DNA of 64,000 nucleotides from Thermodesulfobacteriota bacterium (GTDB lineage Bacteria; Desulfobacterota_D; UBA1144; Nemesobacterales; UBA2774). Below the pieces are notes generated by a model. That model was not told where the DNA came from and made no database searches. It saw only the letters and a program-made list of their open reading frames with translations. This document shows positions 61,865 through 64,000 of the stretch, piece after piece (the first letter of the stretch is position 1; each line of letters starts with the position of its first letter). The translations under genes and the position numbers were made by a program. The stretch covers positions 736,001 to 800,000 of the forward strand of contig OZ244991.1 of assembly GCA_965223335.1 (NCBI GenBank). Direction: 5' to 3'.

Positions 61865-62722
61865 CTATAAATAGGTCGCGGCCTTGCGATAAAGGGTCCC
61901 AAACTCCTCGATAGTAAGTGTTTCCCCACGCCTTTTTTTGTCTATCCCCGCTTCGTCTAAAACCCTCTCGGCCTCGTCTTTTGTCATAACAGAGCCGAGC
62001 GAGTTCACAAGCATCTTACGTCGGGATGTAAAAGCTGCCCTAACCACTCGCTCGAACAAATCCCTGTTTTGAATATCGACCCTGGGTTGTGCAAGTGGTG
62101 TAATTCTAAGCACCACTGAGTCCACCTTGGGTCTCGGCCAAAACGCAGAGGATGGCACGCGAAAAAGTGTTTTCACATCCGTATATACTTGGAATAGCAC
62201 TGAGAGCGAACCGTAAGCCTTAGTGCCCGGGATCGCATTAATTCTCTCGCCGACTTCCTTTTGTACCATTACTATAAGCAGGCCGAGTAATTCTCTTACA
62301 TCCAACAACCTAATCAGTATGGGTGTTGCGACACTATAGGGAAGGTTAGACACCACTTTGACCTTATTGGGGACAAGCAGCTCAGTGTAGTCGACCTCTA
62401 GCGCATCCGTCACGCTAAGCTCAACGTTTGTAGATCCTTTAATCACACTTTCGAGTTCATTTGCTACCTCTATATCCTTCTCAAGCGCAATCACACGCTT
62501 TGCACGATCGGCTAGTCCTGTTGTGAGCGCACCCAACCCGGGTCCGATCTCAAGCACCGTATCCCCTGCTCCGAGATCCGCAGCCTCTATGATACGCTCT
62601 ACATAGTTCTTATCACGCAGAAAGTTCTGCCCGAAACTCTTTTTGGGCCGAGTAGTGGAATCCCGGAAAAACTCCTTTACTTTCGTGCTCTTTTTTTTGG
62701 TATCAGACACTCTATGCCACAC
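61865..62722 (-). CDS. rsmA: 16S rRNA m6,2A dimethyltransferase
   Basis: GQNFL, EIGPGLG, SNLPY, QKEV, PKVDS, RRK. True start may be a few codons downstream. Confidence 0.95.
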   Translation of the reverse strand: MWHRVSDTKKKSTKVKEFFRDSTTRPKKSFGQNFLRDKNYVERIIEAADLGAGDTVLEIGPGLGALTTGLADRAKRVIALEKDIEVANELESVIKGSTNVELSVTDALEVDYTELLVPNKVKVVSNLPYSVATPILIRLLDVRELLGLLIVMVQKEVGERINAIPGTKAYGSLSVLFQVYTDVKTLFRVPSSAFWPRPKVDSVVLRITPLAQPRVDIQNRDLFERVVRAAFTSRRKMLVNSLGSVMTKDEAERVLDEAGIDKKRRGETLTIEEFGTLYRKAATYL

Positions 62723-62790
62723 CTAACAGATTCAATTAGGTGTCTCCCACAGAGTATTATACATCGGATGACGGATATTGGTTTTTGGTA

Positions 62791-63999
62791 TCAGGTGCCC
62801 AGTTCCTCGAGTGTGATATCCTCGTAGTGGCACACCTTGTTTTTACCCTCACGCTTTGCCTCGTAGAGAGCGCGGTCAGCCCTCTCGACCAGTATGTCCT
62901 TGGTAGTAGCATTCTGGGGATAAGTGGCTATACCCATGCTGAGTGTGATCTCTATCTCGTGCTCTTTATACTTAAACAGTTTGGATTCGAGGCGCATACG
63001 GATTTTATCTGCTACCACTGTGGCCCCGTCCTTATTAGTGTTGGGCAGAATGATCGAAAACTCATCCCCCCCGTAACGGGCCGCAACATCTATTTTCCTA
63101 AGCGACGTATCGATAAGTTCCCCCACAAAGCCCAGTGCTGCATCACCTGCCTGGTGGCCGTAAGTATCGTTTAAGAGCTTTAGATCGTCTAGGTCGACCA
63201 ATATAAGTGAGGTCAGTTGCTCGTATCGGTCCGAATGAGCAATCGTGTACGATAAGAGCTCCTGGAAGTGGCGATGATTGTAAAGCCCGGTAAGACCGTC
63301 ACGAAGCGCTAGCTCCTTTATCCTCTCATAGTTCATAGATACAGAGACGGATTTAGCGGTTTCTTCACACATGATTTTGGTAAGGCTTATCTCCCCGTCA
63401 TTAAACGGTTCTTTGTTTTTCCGGGCCACAACCACCGTGCCCAAAGCCGCTTCATCCTCACTCTCATGCCCGGGGCCCGAGTAATGTAGCGGGCAAACCA
63501 ATATCGATCTTGCACCGTTTATACCCAGTGCAAAATCAATCTCTCTCCCAAATACAGTCCTCTGCTTGGACCCTGACGACACGTGTAGAGACTTCTTTGT
63601 ATCCGTTACCACACTCACAAGGTTATGAGTATTGGGCACAATCTCGTCTATAAGCTTGTCTTTATGCTCAAGATTGGTGAGCTTAAAGATATTCTCGCAA
63701 GCCTCTCGGTCATTCAACGCTACCCCCACCACATCCGCATGCATCGTTTTCTCCAAAGACCCCACAAGGTGGTCGAGTATGTTGTCCACATCACCAGACA
63801 TATTTAGCTTTTGAGTGAACTCATAGAATATGCTTAGCTCTTTGGAATTAAGTTTAAGTTTCTCAGACAGCTCGTAGTTTATTACGCTCTCTACAATTCG
63901 GTCGCTTATTAGAGTCGCTATTCGTTTTTCTTTATCCGAGAAGGCGTTTTGATTGGTGCTATCGACTAAAAGCAGTCCCAGAGTATCTCTCGGCGACTC
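62791..63999 (-). CDS. GAF-GAF-GGDEF diguanylate cyclase (5'-truncated by window edge)
   Basis: Frame open to the window end (ESPRDTLGLLLVDS..., end of another GAF). DGLTGL, NDTYGHQAGD, RKID I-site, RYGGDEF. Confidence 0.92.
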   Translation of the reverse strand, partial: ESPRDTLGLLLVDSTNQNAFSDKEKRIATLISDRIVESVINYELSEKLKLNSKELSIFYEFTQKLNMSGDVDNILDHLVGSLEKTMHADVVGVALNDREACENIFKLTNLEHKDKLIDEIVPNTHNLVSVVTDTKKSLHVSSGSKQRTVFGREIDFALGINGARSILVCPLHYSGPGHESEDEAALGTVVVARKNKEPFNDGEISLTKIMCEETAKSVSVSMNYERIKELALRDGLTGLYNHRHFQELLSYTIAHSDRYEQLTSLILVDLDDLKLLNDTYGHQAGDAALGFVGELIDTSLRKIDVAARYGGDEFSIILPNTNKDGATVVADKIRMRLESKLFKYKEHEIEITLSMGIATYPQNATTKDILVERADRALYEAKREGKNKVCHYEDITLEELGT

Positions 64000-64000
64000 T

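Overview
Chromosomal segment of a Gram-negative bacterium, made up mostly of housekeeping genes. The gene set and protein style suggest a delta-like, probably marine lineage such as Ca. Dadabacteria; this is an inference I could not check. About 50 CDSs: leuB, mfd, two PPIases, hsp20, nurA with a HAS-barrel gene, groESL, purE, tsaC, lemA, lepA, trpEG, tadA, the rpmH-rnpA-yidD-yidC-jag cluster, oadGAB, pncB, gltX, coaE, a propionyl-CoA-type carboxylase, rsmA and a partial GAF-GGDEF gene. No tRNA, rRNA, CRISPR array, transposase, integrase or prophage was seen. Most notable signals: (1) a clear c-di-GMP-I riboswitch (52534-52632) with a plausible SD-sequestering OFF platform before an unknown membrane-anchored protein; (2) an unidentified ~155-nt structured, terminator-ended minus-strand RNA (8282-8440) upstream of a conserved secreted protein, a candidate riboswitch, attenuator or sRNA; (3) nurA plus a stand-alone HAS barrel with no adjacent herA; (4) a scattered set of two nitrilases, two non-canonical acyl-CoA ligase paralogues, an HACL-like ThDP enzyme and an aquaporin that could form a nitrile or hydroxy-acid catabolic route. 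Nothing here is demonstrably a new system; these are leads.
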